From IMG/VR virus record IMGVR_UViG_3300042882_001139, positions 62,001 through 123,067 of that record: a stretch of DNA of 61,067 nucleotides. One strand, 5' to 3'. The notes under the pieces were generated by a model that searched no databases, was not told the DNA's origin, and saw nothing but the letters and a program-made list of their open reading frames with translations. A program made the position numbers and the translations under genes. The DNA comes from an uncultured virus (IMG/VR IMGVR_UViG_3300042882_001139) (lineage: Duplodnaviria; Heunggongvirae; Uroviricota; Caudoviricetes). This document shows positions 48,847-58,876 of the stretch, piece after piece. Position 1 is the first letter of the stretch; every line of letters starts with the position of its first letter.

Positions 48847-50196
48847 ATGAAAGGACACGCAAAGCACGTGGACGCTATTAACGACGAAAACGACGACAAC
48901 ATCATCCCGCACGAAGAAAGCACGTCCTCGGACGAGCACGAGTCCGAAGGCACGGCAACAAAGTCGCGACCGTTTACCGTTGCGACTAGAAACACCAAGC
49001 AGAAGTATACGTTCAAGAACTTTACTTCTGCCCGCCAAGGCCCGGACATGTTCACCGAGAGCGAAGGATCGCTCAAGGAAAAAAGCGACCTGTACGACAT
49101 GGTTGCTTACGAACTGGAAGAACTTAACGAAGCGCTGCTTAAGTTAGAGAAAGAGCAGGGCATCAAAACCAACGGCGGCACAATTATTGGGCTTGTGCCA
49201 ATCAGTTTCATTACAGTCGATGAGGCTTGGTGCCGGCAACGAAAAGTTGACTGGAATCACGTCGCACAGATCGTGGTGGACTTTAACCCAGGCTCGCTGT
49301 CGCTGCCGAAGATTACGTTCCGTAAGGTTTTTGCGGCAAACGGAAAACTGCAGTCCGTAGTTATTTCTTTAACGGACGGCGTACACCGCACCGTAGCGTT
49401 AAAGGAACTGGGCTTCACGCATGTACGGGCCACCGTGCTCATCGTGGAAGAAATGCGCGACGAAGCACAGATCTACAAGGACGAAAACTACAACCGCCGT
49501 GCTCACGCAAAGCGAGATATTTATCGGGCCCGCATCGCCGAGAAGGACGAGCGGCTTGAGGAAATCGTGAAGCTGGTGGAGCATCACGGGTTCAAGTTTT
49601 CCACGCACGCCGGCACTCGCAGTAGCCGCTTCGAGATTACGGCGATCCAGACGGTCGAAAAGCTCTATTACCGTTACGGGCCGGAAGTGCTCGGGCGTGT
49701 GCTAGAGTTGCTTGGCGATCCGGCCTACCCCGAGTGGAACGGCCATACGTCGGCAATCACGGCTGACTCGCTGGCCGGCTGGTGCATGTACGTCGACGTG
49801 TTTGAGCGGCCTGGGTTTATTCACAGCAGCATGACCGGGCATCTGCTGAAGACCACACCGCCTGAGCTGATCGAGAATCTCGCGTCAGACATTAGCCGTG
49901 AAGCGTGCGACGGGCTGATGGGCTTTGAAGTATGCCCCGGCTCAAAGGGCTTTACGTCGCAAGAGGCTCGGTTCGTCAAGAACTGCTGTGCGGTTGTGAA
50001 GATGGTCAAGGAGTTGTTCAAGCCGGCTAGGCGGCCGTCTGAAAACTTCTCCCCGAAGTTCAAGGACGCCCTGGACCTGTACTACTCCAAGGACGAGCAC
50101 AAAGCGTCTGACCTCATGCACCTGCGGAAGTTCTTTGCTAAGAAAAAGATGGCGGATTACTGGTTTGCCAAAACCCACTCCGACATCGTGCGTTGA
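48847..50196 (+). CDS. ParB/Srx-fold (DUF6551-like) protein
   Basis: CRQRKVDWNHV..IVVDFNP...LTDGVHRTVAL...EAQIY...N. Confidence 0.6.
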   Translation: MKGHAKHVDAINDENDDNIIPHEESTSSDEHESEGTATKSRPFTVATRNTKQKYTFKNFTSARQGPDMFTESEGSLKEKSDLYDMVAYELEELNEALLKLEKEQGIKTNGGTIIGLVPISFITVDEAWCRQRKVDWNHVAQIVVDFNPGSLSLPKITFRKVFAANGKLQSVVISLTDGVHRTVALKELGFTHVRATVLIVEEMRDEAQIYKDENYNRRAHAKRDIYRARIAEKDERLEEIVKLVEHHGFKFSTHAGTRSSRFEITAIQTVEKLYYRYGPEVLGRVLELLGDPAYPEWNGHTSAITADSLAGWCMYVDVFERPGFIHSSMTGHLLKTTPPELIENLASDISREACDGLMGFEVCPGSKGFTSQEARFVKNCCAVVKMVKELFKPARRPSENFSPKFKDALDLYYSKDEHKASDLMHLRKFFAKKKMADYWFAKTHSDIVR

Positions 50197-50247
50197 TTTT
50201 TGTCGATATTACGCCGCTATGTAGCGGTATTCCTTGGAGAAAAGAGA

Positions 50248-51171
50248 ATGGTCGCAACAACTGCTCGGTTAAAGTCGTCGCCCGTTGTCCACTCAAAAAT
50301 ACTGGGTGTTAATACTCGGGTTGAGAATATAGACCTAACAACGGTGCAATTTTGCAGGGATTATATCTTTGACGACAAACATCCAACAAGAATTGGAAAA
50401 GTGTATCAGCGGGTTTTAAAACCCAAAGTGATTAACGAGATCGTAGCGAACTATTGTCCGGTGTCGTTCGGCGCACCGATTATCGGCGTACGGGAGGATG
50501 GGACACGGTGGGGTGTTGACGGTCAACAGCGCATTACGGCCAAACAAATTATGGCTGAAAAAGACCCAGAAAACGCCGACGAGCACAACATGGCGCGTTG
50601 CATTATGTTTGAGTCGAAAGGGGTTGCTCATGAAGCCGAGGTCTTTGTCCGCATAAATAAAAACCGGGTTAACGTCGGGGCTCAGGAGTTGTTTATTGCC
50701 GACTTGGCAAAAAAAGACCCGCACGCCATATCGGTGCTCAAGACTGTGCGTAGTTGTGGCTTTGATTTTACATGCCTGTCGAACAAGACGGGCTACCCGA
50801 ATTTTCGGGCCGTGAAGGCGGTGCAAAACATCGTCAGCGACGGCGGGATTGCACAACTTAAAACCGTCTTAGATCTCATTCACGACGCGTGGCCCGGAAA
50901 AAAAGAAGCACTGCAGGACGATATTCCGCGCGGGCTGTCGTACTTCTTGACAGTTTTTGATGACCGCGTAAACCTGCATCACCTTTTAAAAAGAATGAAA
51001 CGAGTTACGCCCGAAAAGGTGGTCGACGCTATCGAGGGGCAGTCAAAGACAAGCCTAAGAAAACTGAAAAGCGGCGACCGTTACAAAGTAGCGGCGAAGT
51101 GTTTTCTTGACTTGTACAACAACCGCGTCGGTAGCAAAAAGTTTTTAACGGGCAATATTCCAGGTCTTTGA
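50248..51171 (+). CDS. ParB/Srx-fold (DUF6551-like) protein
   Basis: YQRVL...IIGVREDG...VDGQQRITA...EAEVFVRIN. Confidence 0.7.
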   Translation: MVATTARLKSSPVVHSKILGVNTRVENIDLTTVQFCRDYIFDDKHPTRIGKVYQRVLKPKVINEIVANYCPVSFGAPIIGVREDGTRWGVDGQQRITAKQIMAEKDPENADEHNMARCIMFESKGVAHEAEVFVRINKNRVNVGAQELFIADLAKKDPHAISVLKTVRSCGFDFTCLSNKTGYPNFRAVKAVQNIVSDGGIAQLKTVLDLIHDAWPGKKEALQDDIPRGLSYFLTVFDDRVNLHHLLKRMKRVTPEKVVDAIEGQSKTSLRKLKSGDRYKVAAKCFLDLYNNRVGSKKFLTGNIPGL

Positions 51172-51569
51172 GTAAAAAGGATAGTGTTGTGTCTACCAAG
51201 AAAAAGTTAACTAAAGCCGAACGTGAAGCTAGTTTAACGTTGATGCGTAAGCATATTGACGCCGTTGCCAGTGCAATGGGCGCCAATACGCTGCTCGAAG
51301 TCGGCATTGCTGACAACGACAAGTTATTTGACGTCTTAACCGGCGTTGAACTTCTTTACGCGGCTGGTCCGGCGGTCCCCAGCGATCACTGGCCGTATAC
51401 GCCGTTGATGGATAGGACCGTCAATCACCTAAACTCAATGCACAACCTGCATATGACGGGTTTTCACGTCTGGCAGTTGTTGCACAGGAGCCGAAAGCAC
51501 GGTACGCTGCCGCATTCGGGGGCCGCTGGTCGGCGCCCGTTCGCTACCGGAACCAAATTCACCCGGTAG
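51168..51569 (+). CDS. hypothetical protein
   Basis: 133-aa ORF, TTGA overlap. Confidence 0.5.
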   Translation: MSKKDSVVSTKKKLTKAEREASLTLMRKHIDAVASAMGANTLLEVGIADNDKLFDVLTGVELLYAAGPAVPSDHWPYTPLMDRTVNHLNSMHNLHMTGFHVWQLLHRSRKHGTLPHSGAAGRRPFATGTKFTR

Positions 51570-51590
51570 TACCTATGCAAGGAAGCACCC

Positions 51591-52595
51591 GTGATCACTA
51601 TCGAGCCGAAGAAAAGGTTTCTGCGTAACGCTACGTTTATAGACCTTTTTGCCGGGATCGGTGGTTTTCGATTCGCCTTGGAGTCGTTTGGTGGGAAGTG
51701 TGTATTTTCTTCTGACATCGACGCCAACGCCCGGGAAGTGTATTTAAACAATTTCGGTGAGTGCCCGTCGGGCGATATCACCAAGATTGCGGCCAAGGAA
51801 ATCCCAGCACACGATATCCTGTGTGCTGGGTTTCCTTGCCAGCCGTTCTCTATTGCAGGCCAACAAGAAGGCTTTGCAGATCTGACCCGCGGCACACTCT
51901 TTCACGAGATAGTGCGCGTAGCCAAGCACCACAAGCCCCGCTTGCTGTTGCTGGAAAACGTCAAGAACCTTGCGGCCCACGACAACGGCCGCACGCTGAC
52001 CACGATCCTCAACACGCTGGTTGGCATTGGGTACGACGTAACGTGGCGCGTGTTAAACGCCAGCCATTACGGCGTCCCGCAAAAACGAGAACGTATTTAC
52101 ATCCTGGGCTTCGACCGAAAGCGCCCGTTCCGGTGCCATCGTTACGAATGGCCAGAACCTGTTAATAAAACAATTCGAGTCCGCGACATCCTACAGCCCG
52201 CAAAGTTTCCGGGCGTAGAAGACATGCATATTGACGAGGTTAAATACCCGCCAGTCGTCAACGTGCTTACCAAGGTAAAACCCGGCACCCCAAAACCCGT
52301 CAGGATCGGCCAGGTTGGCCTAGGGCGGCAGGGAGAGCGGATATACCATGTGGACGGCCACGCGGTCACCATATCGGCCTCTGGCGGCGGCGTAGGGGCC
52401 AAGACGGGCATGTATTACGCTCACAAGGCTGTCCGCCGGCTGACGCCCCGCGAGTGTGCCCGCCTCAACGGATTCCCAGAAACATTCGAGCCTCACGCCC
52501 GCACTACCGAAGCCATAAAACAATTTGGCAATAGCGTCGTTATTGACGTCATACAGCACATCGTACAAAACGCACAAGGAATGTTCGATGAGTAA
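51591..52595 (+). CDS. dcm: C5-cytosine DNA methyltransferase, M.HhaI-like
   Basis: FIDLFAGIGG, AGFPCQPFS, ENVKN, QKRER, RRLTPREC and QFGNSV. Confidence 0.92.
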   Translation: MITIEPKKRFLRNATFIDLFAGIGGFRFALESFGGKCVFSSDIDANAREVYLNNFGECPSGDITKIAAKEIPAHDILCAGFPCQPFSIAGQQEGFADLTRGTLFHEIVRVAKHHKPRLLLLENVKNLAAHDNGRTLTTILNTLVGIGYDVTWRVLNASHYGVPQKRERIYILGFDRKRPFRCHRYEWPEPVNKTIRVRDILQPAKFPGVEDMHIDEVKYPPVVNVLTKVKPGTPKPVRIGQVGLGRQGERIYHVDGHAVTISASGGGVGAKTGMYYAHKAVRRLTPRECARLNGFPETFEPHARTTEAIKQFGNSVVIDVIQHIVQNAQGMFDE

Positions 52596-53088
52596 AATTC
52601 CCGACTACTATCAAGTCAAGTTTCAATTGCCGGGTGTTGCCGGTCACACGGTGTACGGCATTCTGGATCGCTACGGCGGTGCAGCGATTGCAAACTACAA
52701 CGACCATAAATTGTTGACAATTTCAGACGCTATTACCGGCAAGACGTATCTTGTAAAAGAAACAGACGTCCGTGAAATCCCTACGAGTTTTGGCAGCGAA
52801 TACGACAACTACGTAAACAATGAAGCCGAAGCGGCACGGACGTTGTCGGACGCACTTCCCGACGGGCTGTTCGTCGGCAAACTTTTTAGTATCCCGCGGG
52901 GCGACGGCTACGCGTGGTATGTCGTTACCAAAGTCAACAAAAAGACTGTCGTAATCGCCTGGCGCGGCTACAGCCTCGATCGCTGGTTTGACCCGCTGCT
53001 GGGTTATGGCGGGAAATTCGACCGGGCCCTTATTGAGCCTTATGTTTTGCGGCGTGATGCTGTCCGCAAGCTATTTGCCAAATGCTAA
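52588..53088 (+). CDS. hypothetical protein
   Basis: GDGYAWYVVTK motif. Confidence 0.6.
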   Translation: MSKIPDYYQVKFQLPGVAGHTVYGILDRYGGAAIANYNDHKLLTISDAITGKTYLVKETDVREIPTSFGSEYDNYVNNEAEAARTLSDALPDGLFVGKLFSIPRGDGYAWYVVTKVNKKTVVIAWRGYSLDRWFDPLLGYGGKFDRALIEPYVLRRDAVRKLFAKC

Positions 53089-53423
53089 GAATAATTAACG
53101 ACTATTGGCCGACCAGCATCAAGTGGTACTGGCCTATTGCGTTTGTCGGTTTCCGTACGTACGGCGATGTGCGTGAGTACGGGTTTCGATTTCAACCGAC
53201 CACAGAATGCACGTATTACACGTACGAATGGGGCTGGGGATTCTCGTTTGTAATCCTCGGCGCCGGATTTGAAGCCGTGTTTTTACCGTTTCACAAAGAG
53301 GAACAAAATGCCCACGAAGGCAAAAAAGAAGAAAGCCAGCCCCAAGCGGGTGGCCAAAAAGGCGGCCGTAAAAAAGCCAGCAAAAAAGCCGATCGACGTC
53401 GCGGCCGAGGTCGCAAGGCGTAA
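53082..53423 (+). CDS. hypothetical protein
   Basis: Aromatic-rich ORF; 3' end overlaps the next gene. Confidence 0.4.
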   Translation: MLRIINDYWPTSIKWYWPIAFVGFRTYGDVREYGFRFQPTTECTYYTYEWGWGFSFVILGAGFEAVFLPFHKEEQNAHEGKKEESQPQAGGQKGGRKKASKKADRRRGRGRKA

Positions 53424-53973
53424 TAGACTGTTCGCAAAAGCCACGCCGGCTGGAAAGCGTGTGCTGATCGCTGAAGACATCATTGCTCAGATCAAAGCCA
53501 AGCGGTTCAGGCCCAAGGCTGGCGTCTGGGTAAATCCCGTCAACGAAAAGAACACAGAGAACATAGAACTGGATATCAAGTTCAACGGCACAGCGCCGGT
53601 CCGGGAATTATTCCTGGAAAAGAAGATCCCGGCCTGTGAGTGCTGTGCCCTTGGGGCGCTGTTTATGAGCTGCACGCTCTACAACAATCAAACAACCGTA
53701 AATGATTTCACGAAAGAGGTCATTCTTGACTTTCAAGAAACAGTTGAGGACGGTAAGTTTACAAACGGGCTGACCGGCTTCTTCTCGCGTGCGCAGTTGA
53801 AGCTGATCGAGATTGCGTTTGAAGGCGGTTACGGTGCATTTGATACAGATAGAATGTCCAATACGAAAGCCCTTAGAGTCGTTTCCTGGGAAGAAAAGCT
53901 CCCTGACGACCAAAAGCGCCTTGTTGCGATCATGAATAACATCATCAACAACAAGGGCACGTTCGTCCCTTAA
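53308..53973 (+). CDS. hypothetical protein with Lys/Ala-rich N-terminus
   Basis: GAGG RBS; CECCALGALF...IEIAFE...IMNNII.NKGTF.P. Confidence 0.65.
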   Translation: MPTKAKKKKASPKRVAKKAAVKKPAKKPIDVAAEVARRNRLFAKATPAGKRVLIAEDIIAQIKAKRFRPKAGVWVNPVNEKNTENIELDIKFNGTAPVRELFLEKKIPACECCALGALFMSCTLYNNQTTVNDFTKEVILDFQETVEDGKFTNGLTGFFSRAQLKLIEIAFEGGYGAFDTDRMSNTKALRVVSWEEKLPDDQKRLVAIMNNIINNKGTFVP

Positions 53974-54069
53974 TTCACAGTGCTCGTTACGCAGCCTCTT
54001 AATCCGGTAAAGCGTGACTCACTTGTCTGTTATACGTGCTGGCCTAAGTCACCAGAAAACAGACTAACA

Positions 54070-54135
54070 TCCCGGGCTTAGTGCCGCTGTGGGCTCATAA
54101 TCCACGGCGTATCTGCGCAAATCGGATGGCGGGAT
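54070..54135 (+). pseudogene. tRNA-like element with CAU anticodon and truncated D-arm
   Basis: GTGGG-CTCATAA-TCCAC anticodon arm, 5-nt variable loop, ATCTG-CGCAAAT-CGGAT T-arm, TCCCG/CGGGA acceptor pairing. Confidence 0.5.
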
Positions 54136-54206
54136 CTCAAGGAAGAGTGCATTTAACGATGCTATAATTGTGCCAGAACAACTGGCCTATGTAAACAGGA
54201 TTTACA

Positions 54207-54506
54207 ATGATTGACACAATTTATCACTGGCAGAACGCCTTTTTATTTTGGGTCGCCACACTTTGCGGAGTACATCATGAAACCGTCAGCAAACACGTCT
54301 CAGTCTGCGTTTGCCTTAGTGTTCTTGCGTTGCTTGGTACTGTTATTTACCAAAAACGACAAGTAAACAATTTGCTTAAACAGCCGGTACGTATAGCGCT
54401 TACACCCGCAGAATTATTGCGGGCAAGTCTGTTAAATCAACAACGCGATCAAAAGTATGGCGGCTACAAAGTCAGCAAAAAGTCGACAAAAATCTGTAAA
54501 AATTAG
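54207..54506 (+). CDS. membrane protein
   Basis: AGGA RBS; hydrophobic segment. Confidence 0.45.
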   Translation: MIDTIYHWQNAFLFWVATLCGVHHETVSKHVSVCVCLSVLALLGTVIYQKRQVNNLLKQPVRIALTPAELLRASLLNQQRDQKYGGYKVSKKSTKICKN

Positions 54507-54906
54507 CACATGGAAACAAGCGGCAAAACTAAAATTGCTGCGCGTCTCACCGCTTACAGGGCAGTTAGAAGAACTAGAACGCGGTGTAAATTTCTTTGTG
54601 CTAATGATCGAAAAACTTGGCGGAAAACCACAATTCAGCTGCGAAGGACACCCAAATGGTTTTTACGTATTGTTCACAGGTAGTTACAAGCTAGCCCAGC
54701 AGATTAAAGCCTGTGGATTTTTTACTGTAGAAATAGAGGGCACCAATAGGTGGAGTATTCGAATGAATTATCCCGTTATAGAAACACAACACCACAGAGT
54801 TTTAACTTGGGCAGCAGAAAGTTGGAATAGATCTTTTGGACCAATGACCGTCAAAACAAATCTGTTGAACCAAAAATCAGTCACTACCGTGCTTGAAAAT
54901 GTTTAG
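54457..54906 (+). CDS. hypothetical protein
   Basis: FSCEGHP motif. Confidence 0.55.
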   Translation: MAATKSAKSRQKSVKISTWKQAAKLKLLRVSPLTGQLEELERGVNFFVLMIEKLGGKPQFSCEGHPNGFYVLFTGSYKLAQQIKACGFFTVEIEGTNRWSIRMNYPVIETQHHRVLTWAAESWNRSFGPMTVKTNLLNQKSVTTVLENV

Positions 54907-55141
54907 TAACGTACACCCCGACTCAAAAAATCTTCACTACACTCCTTGTATTTCCGAAGGAAATACACATGGATAGCGTACTTCGGACAAGATTTTTTTT
55001 GTGGCTTGTCAGATCTCATTGTGGTGCAATGGTTTGCGTCAAATTTTTGTCGCTCAAGGGGGTATGCAGTTTTGGGCCACTTGACGTTTTTGAGCGACTG
55101 GATATGCTTTCGTCCTCTCAACGACCGGCAAGGAGGCCAGT

Positions 55142-55648
55142 ATGGTTGCCAATCCCCGCGGCGGCATGATCGTTCGTCGCAATGACCGTTGCCCCTGCAA
55201 CAGCGGCAAGAAGTTCAAGTTCTGTTGCTCGCCAGAAGCGCCGGCAATAGTGCAGGCGGCCCCCCGACGACCGCTGTTTATTGACTCTGGCGAGAGTCCT
55301 GTGCGCTGGGTAATTTGCGATCCAAGCGGCGTTCGTTTTTTTGCTGACAAAGACAATCGGGCATTGTTATTTGATACTTACGAAGACGCACTGCAGGTCG
55401 CCAGGCTTGAAGACTTTGCCGACCAAAACCCTGGCGAAATTAATGTGGCCGGAGTTGGCCCGACAAAACTTGAATTGCTTAAGGAAAAAATTCCGTACGT
55501 TGAAGTTGATGTTGAAATAGCAACGCAGCTTGTGCGCGAGCGTATCGAGTACGGACGTGCTGGCGAGTTAACTCCGGCACAGGAAACGCTGGACGCCATT
55601 CAGGGCGGTCAGGAAACCACTAGCCAAGGAACAGGCGAAGACCATTGA
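55142..55648 (+). CDS. SEC-C metal-binding motif protein
   Basis: RNDRCPCNSGKKFKFCC; AGGAGG RBS. Confidence 0.8.
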   Translation: MVANPRGGMIVRRNDRCPCNSGKKFKFCCSPEAPAIVQAAPRRPLFIDSGESPVRWVICDPSGVRFFADKDNRALLFDTYEDALQVARLEDFADQNPGEINVAGVGPTKLELLKEKIPYVEVDVEIATQLVRERIEYGRAGELTPAQETLDAIQGGQETTSQGTGEDH

Positions 55649-56700
55649 CGTTTGAATTTGATTTCCCGCAATACGTCAAAAATTTTAGGTATCGTCGGTG
55701 GCGGATAGACAGGGCGGGCACACGCATCAGCAAAATTTTTGCTATGCACTTCGTGCTCGGAATGAAGAGCAAATCGCTTTTTACCCTGTCTCGTAGATTA
55801 AACCGATTTCGGCGGCTATGGATTTGGCGTCTGCAAGAGATGACCACCCGCGAAATGTGGTTGCCTACAAAGCAGCGCTGGTTGTCGCCGTACGATCCAA
55901 ATTTTGACTTGAAAAAGTTTAAGAGCGCGTATCGGCGGTGCATGTTTTGCCGGCCGTCGTGTGCTCATTATCAGTCGCCTGATGGGCATCAGGTTGAGTT
56001 ACGGCCGTGCTGGCGTACGCACATTTGTCCGTTTTGCACGGTCAACCTAGTAACGGCACACTATGTGTACGTCAAACACGCCATCAATAGGTTGTTAAAA
56101 CATGATTCCAATTTTGTGGGCGTATGTCGCGTTGTTCGCTGGTATGTACCCGCTCCTGGTTTTAATCCAATACGTGGAACAGACCACAAGCAAATCCAAG
56201 AACACGCCCGGCTGCTGCGACGAGTGCTTGTTAAACAAAAACAAAACTACCGTCAATTAATTGATGGCAAAAAATTAGCACGATCGACGCGTGGATCATT
56301 GTGGCGGCTGGTTGTTATTCCTGACGCAGCAGGTTGGAACATTGAAGTGCGGCAGTTTTTCATTTGCCGGCCTAATATCCGATTGCCGGTTGTGCGTATT
56401 CGAGGTGCAAAAGTAACGTACTTAAAGAGCGTAAAATTGGACGCTACTCGGCCTGATTTCGCTACGGACTTTTTCGAACTCTTCGGAGAGTTTTGCCGCT
56501 ATCCTCTGGAGTTGCTTACTGGTTACGCGGAACTAACGTCGGCGTACCTGCATGCAGCACACGGTTTGCGGTTGGTGAGCGGCACAGGGTTGCTGGCAAA
56601 AACCGGCCGGGCACTCATACCATACATGCGCGAAATAAAAAACGATGCCCTCGCCAAAAAAACTCTCACTGGCCCGGCAGGTGCAACGCCTGCTGTCTGA
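55645..56700 (+). CDS. basic Cys-containing hypothetical protein
   Basis: CMFCRPSC...CWRTHICPFC; very Arg-rich. Confidence 0.55.
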   Translation: MTFEFDFPQYVKNFRYRRWRIDRAGTRISKIFAMHFVLGMKSKSLFTLSRRLNRFRRLWIWRLQEMTTREMWLPTKQRWLSPYDPNFDLKKFKSAYRRCMFCRPSCAHYQSPDGHQVELRPCWRTHICPFCTVNLVTAHYVYVKHAINRLLKHDSNFVGVCRVVRWYVPAPGFNPIRGTDHKQIQEHARLLRRVLVKQKQNYRQLIDGKKLARSTRGSLWRLVVIPDAAGWNIEVRQFFICRPNIRLPVVRIRGAKVTYLKSVKLDATRPDFATDFFELFGEFCRYPLELLTGYAELTSAYLHAAHGLRLVSGTGLLAKTGRALIPYMREIKNDALAKKTLTGPAGATPAV

Positions 56701-57757
56701 GTCGTCGGTTTACCGTGCTCGCGTGCAGCACGTTGCGGACGTTCTTTTTGGTGGCAGCCTGAAACAACTGGCCGCCACCACAAATGTGAACTACAGGCAC
56801 TTGTACGTATGCATAAAGTTTAAAAAAACCATCACGGTACGGATGCTGGCACAAATAGCCGCACATACGAATGTGCAAGCAGAGTGGCTCTTGCTCGGTA
56901 TAGGGCCGATGGTTCTTGAGCCGGAGCAGTTACCGGCCGGGCTACCCATTACGTTTCCGGCAACGCTTGCTAGTTCGTTTCCCGTCTTTGACACGTTAAC
57001 TGTTCCGGCCGTCGCTAAACCGTGCAAGCGTCGTGCCAGTAAGTCCCCGAGCAATGACGCACACACCGCCGGGACTGCGATTTACAGGGCCCGGCTTGCC
57101 GGGAAACCGGTGTGCTTTTTCTTAGGTGTCGACGGCGTAGCCGATTGCGGCACCAAAGCCGTGCGCGAGTTTATGCTGACAGATTACGTGACTAGTTTGG
57201 CTGTCACGCTTTCGGCGGTGGCGACCGCAGCCCCTGACGTGGACTTAACCGACATGGCGAAGTTTGCGGCGGCACACGGCATCGGCTACGGCGAAGCCAT
57301 TGGGCGCTGGGCTGACGATTATCTCATGCATACGTGTTTTCACGCCAGGAAGCCGCTTACCGTGCAAGCCGAGATTGGTGAGATTGCGGCGCACACAGCA
57401 CCGGCAATCCGCGGCGCTGAGTTAGGGGCTTCGGTCGGCGCAGCAGCGTACGTGGATCTGTTAGTGATGACCGAGCAGTTGCGACAGGCATGCTTACCGC
57501 CTGGCGGCGTGCTCGTCGTGCTTGGTGAGCCACACAGGGCTTTGCGTCTGCTACACAAGACCGTACGCACGTTACAGTCTTGTATGCCAGACAATGCGGC
57601 CGGCGGAATGGTTGTTGTGCTTGGGGCACAGCAACACTCTAAAGAATTGTTGGCATCTATTCCGTCTGGCTGGCAGACCGTATTTATTGATGGCACATAT
57701 TCAGATGCTTTTTGCAAATTAGTGTCGGCGTGCGACGCCGCATACATAGGAAAATAG
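56645..57757 (+). CDS. XRE-type HTH fused to a degenerate deoxyhypusine-synthase-like domain
   Basis: LAQIAAHTNVQAEWLLLGIGPM; GIGYGEAIGR...PLTVQAEIG...GASVGAAAYVD. Confidence 0.45.
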   Translation: MPSPKKLSLARQVQRLLSESSVYRARVQHVADVLFGGSLKQLAATTNVNYRHLYVCIKFKKTITVRMLAQIAAHTNVQAEWLLLGIGPMVLEPEQLPAGLPITFPATLASSFPVFDTLTVPAVAKPCKRRASKSPSNDAHTAGTAIYRARLAGKPVCFFLGVDGVADCGTKAVREFMLTDYVTSLAVTLSAVATAAPDVDLTDMAKFAAAHGIGYGEAIGRWADDYLMHTCFHARKPLTVQAEIGEIAAHTAPAIRGAELGASVGAAAYVDLLVMTEQLRQACLPPGGVLVVLGEPHRALRLLHKTVRTLQSCMPDNAAGGMVVVLGAQQHSKELLASIPSGWQTVFIDGTYSDAFCKLVSACDAAYIGK

Positions 57758-57760
57758 GTT

Positions 57761-58876
57761 ATGTCGGAGAAAAATCTTGTTTCTGACCACGTAACGAAAC
57801 TCATTAAAAATATTCAAACCAACGAGTTGCAAAAAAAGGTATTCGTTATTGCGGCGGTAATCGAACTGCTGCGTCGGGCACAGTTGCTGGACAAACGGGC
57901 CGCCACGGCTATTGCCAATTTTGCGTCCAAGGTCCCCGACGTCGCTTGGGAAAAACTGCAGTTCTCTTTCACGCAGGCTGTGAGCACAAGTTGTCAGAAG
58001 GCAATAGCACAGCACGTAAAAGAACCCGCGGACGCCGACAAACTTATGCTCGTCTTGTTAAAGGCTATTGCTGTCTTTAGTGACATCCTTGCAGACGCAC
58101 CCGAAGAAGCGACGGCCGAAGTATTTGAAGCTGTAGTGAGCGAGCTAATAGAGACGCATTGGAACGCGCCGGCTATTGAGGGTACAGCAACTGCATTGTT
58201 TCAGCCGCAGAACATCAGTAAGATCTTCAAAGCAAAACCGCTCGATGAAAAAATTTGCCGCAGTCTGGGTATGCGGCTTGTTCTGTATAAGGCGCCGCAT
58301 GGCCCGCAAATTCGGGGTGCTTCGTTCGGGTCTGACCCGCAGCACATAATCCTCGAGACCGGCGAATATCTGCAACTTCCGCAGGCTGAGGCCGGTATTA
58401 CGTCGCTCACAACGCCCGAGGATTACACGTCTGTACCGGCAGTACTGCTGGCATACGTCTACCTGGCGTTTGCTCATTTAGAAAATGTTGGGGCTGTAAT
58501 TGACCCAGAAGGTGTTGTAATCGGCGGTGCACTTGGTGCGTTTTCGGGCGACGTCAAAGTTATTCCTTTTTCAACCTTTGCCGCGAAGCCGCCAGTTAAC
58601 TTTTTACAGGCAATAGTTGACACGTCTAAAACAGCAGATAGCATGGTGGCACATGTCACCGCGGCCACGACGGCACGGCTCCCGGTTCCTGGTACGAACA
58701 TGGCAGTAGCCCTGCACGCCGACTACGGCCATACAGGTGGCTACATAGTTTCTCGGCTAGTTGATCAGCAGACAGACGAGGTGCTGCTAAGAAACGACCA
58801 ACCGCGTGAACTCGCGGTACAAGGCATTTATTTATTTCCGACTCAAGATAAGCTCATTGCATTAAGGATATTTTAA
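57761..58876 (+). CDS. hypothetical protein
   Basis: 371-aa ORF, TAATG-coupled to the next gene. Confidence 0.65.
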   Translation: MSEKNLVSDHVTKLIKNIQTNELQKKVFVIAAVIELLRRAQLLDKRAATAIANFASKVPDVAWEKLQFSFTQAVSTSCQKAIAQHVKEPADADKLMLVLLKAIAVFSDILADAPEEATAEVFEAVVSELIETHWNAPAIEGTATALFQPQNISKIFKAKPLDEKICRSLGMRLVLYKAPHGPQIRGASFGSDPQHIILETGEYLQLPQAEAGITSLTTPEDYTSVPAVLLAYVYLAFAHLENVGAVIDPEGVVIGGALGAFSGDVKVIPFSTFAAKPPVNFLQAIVDTSKTADSMVAHVTAATTARLPVPGTNMAVALHADYGHTGGYIVSRLVDQQTDEVLLRNDQPRELAVQGIYLFPTQDKLIALRIF

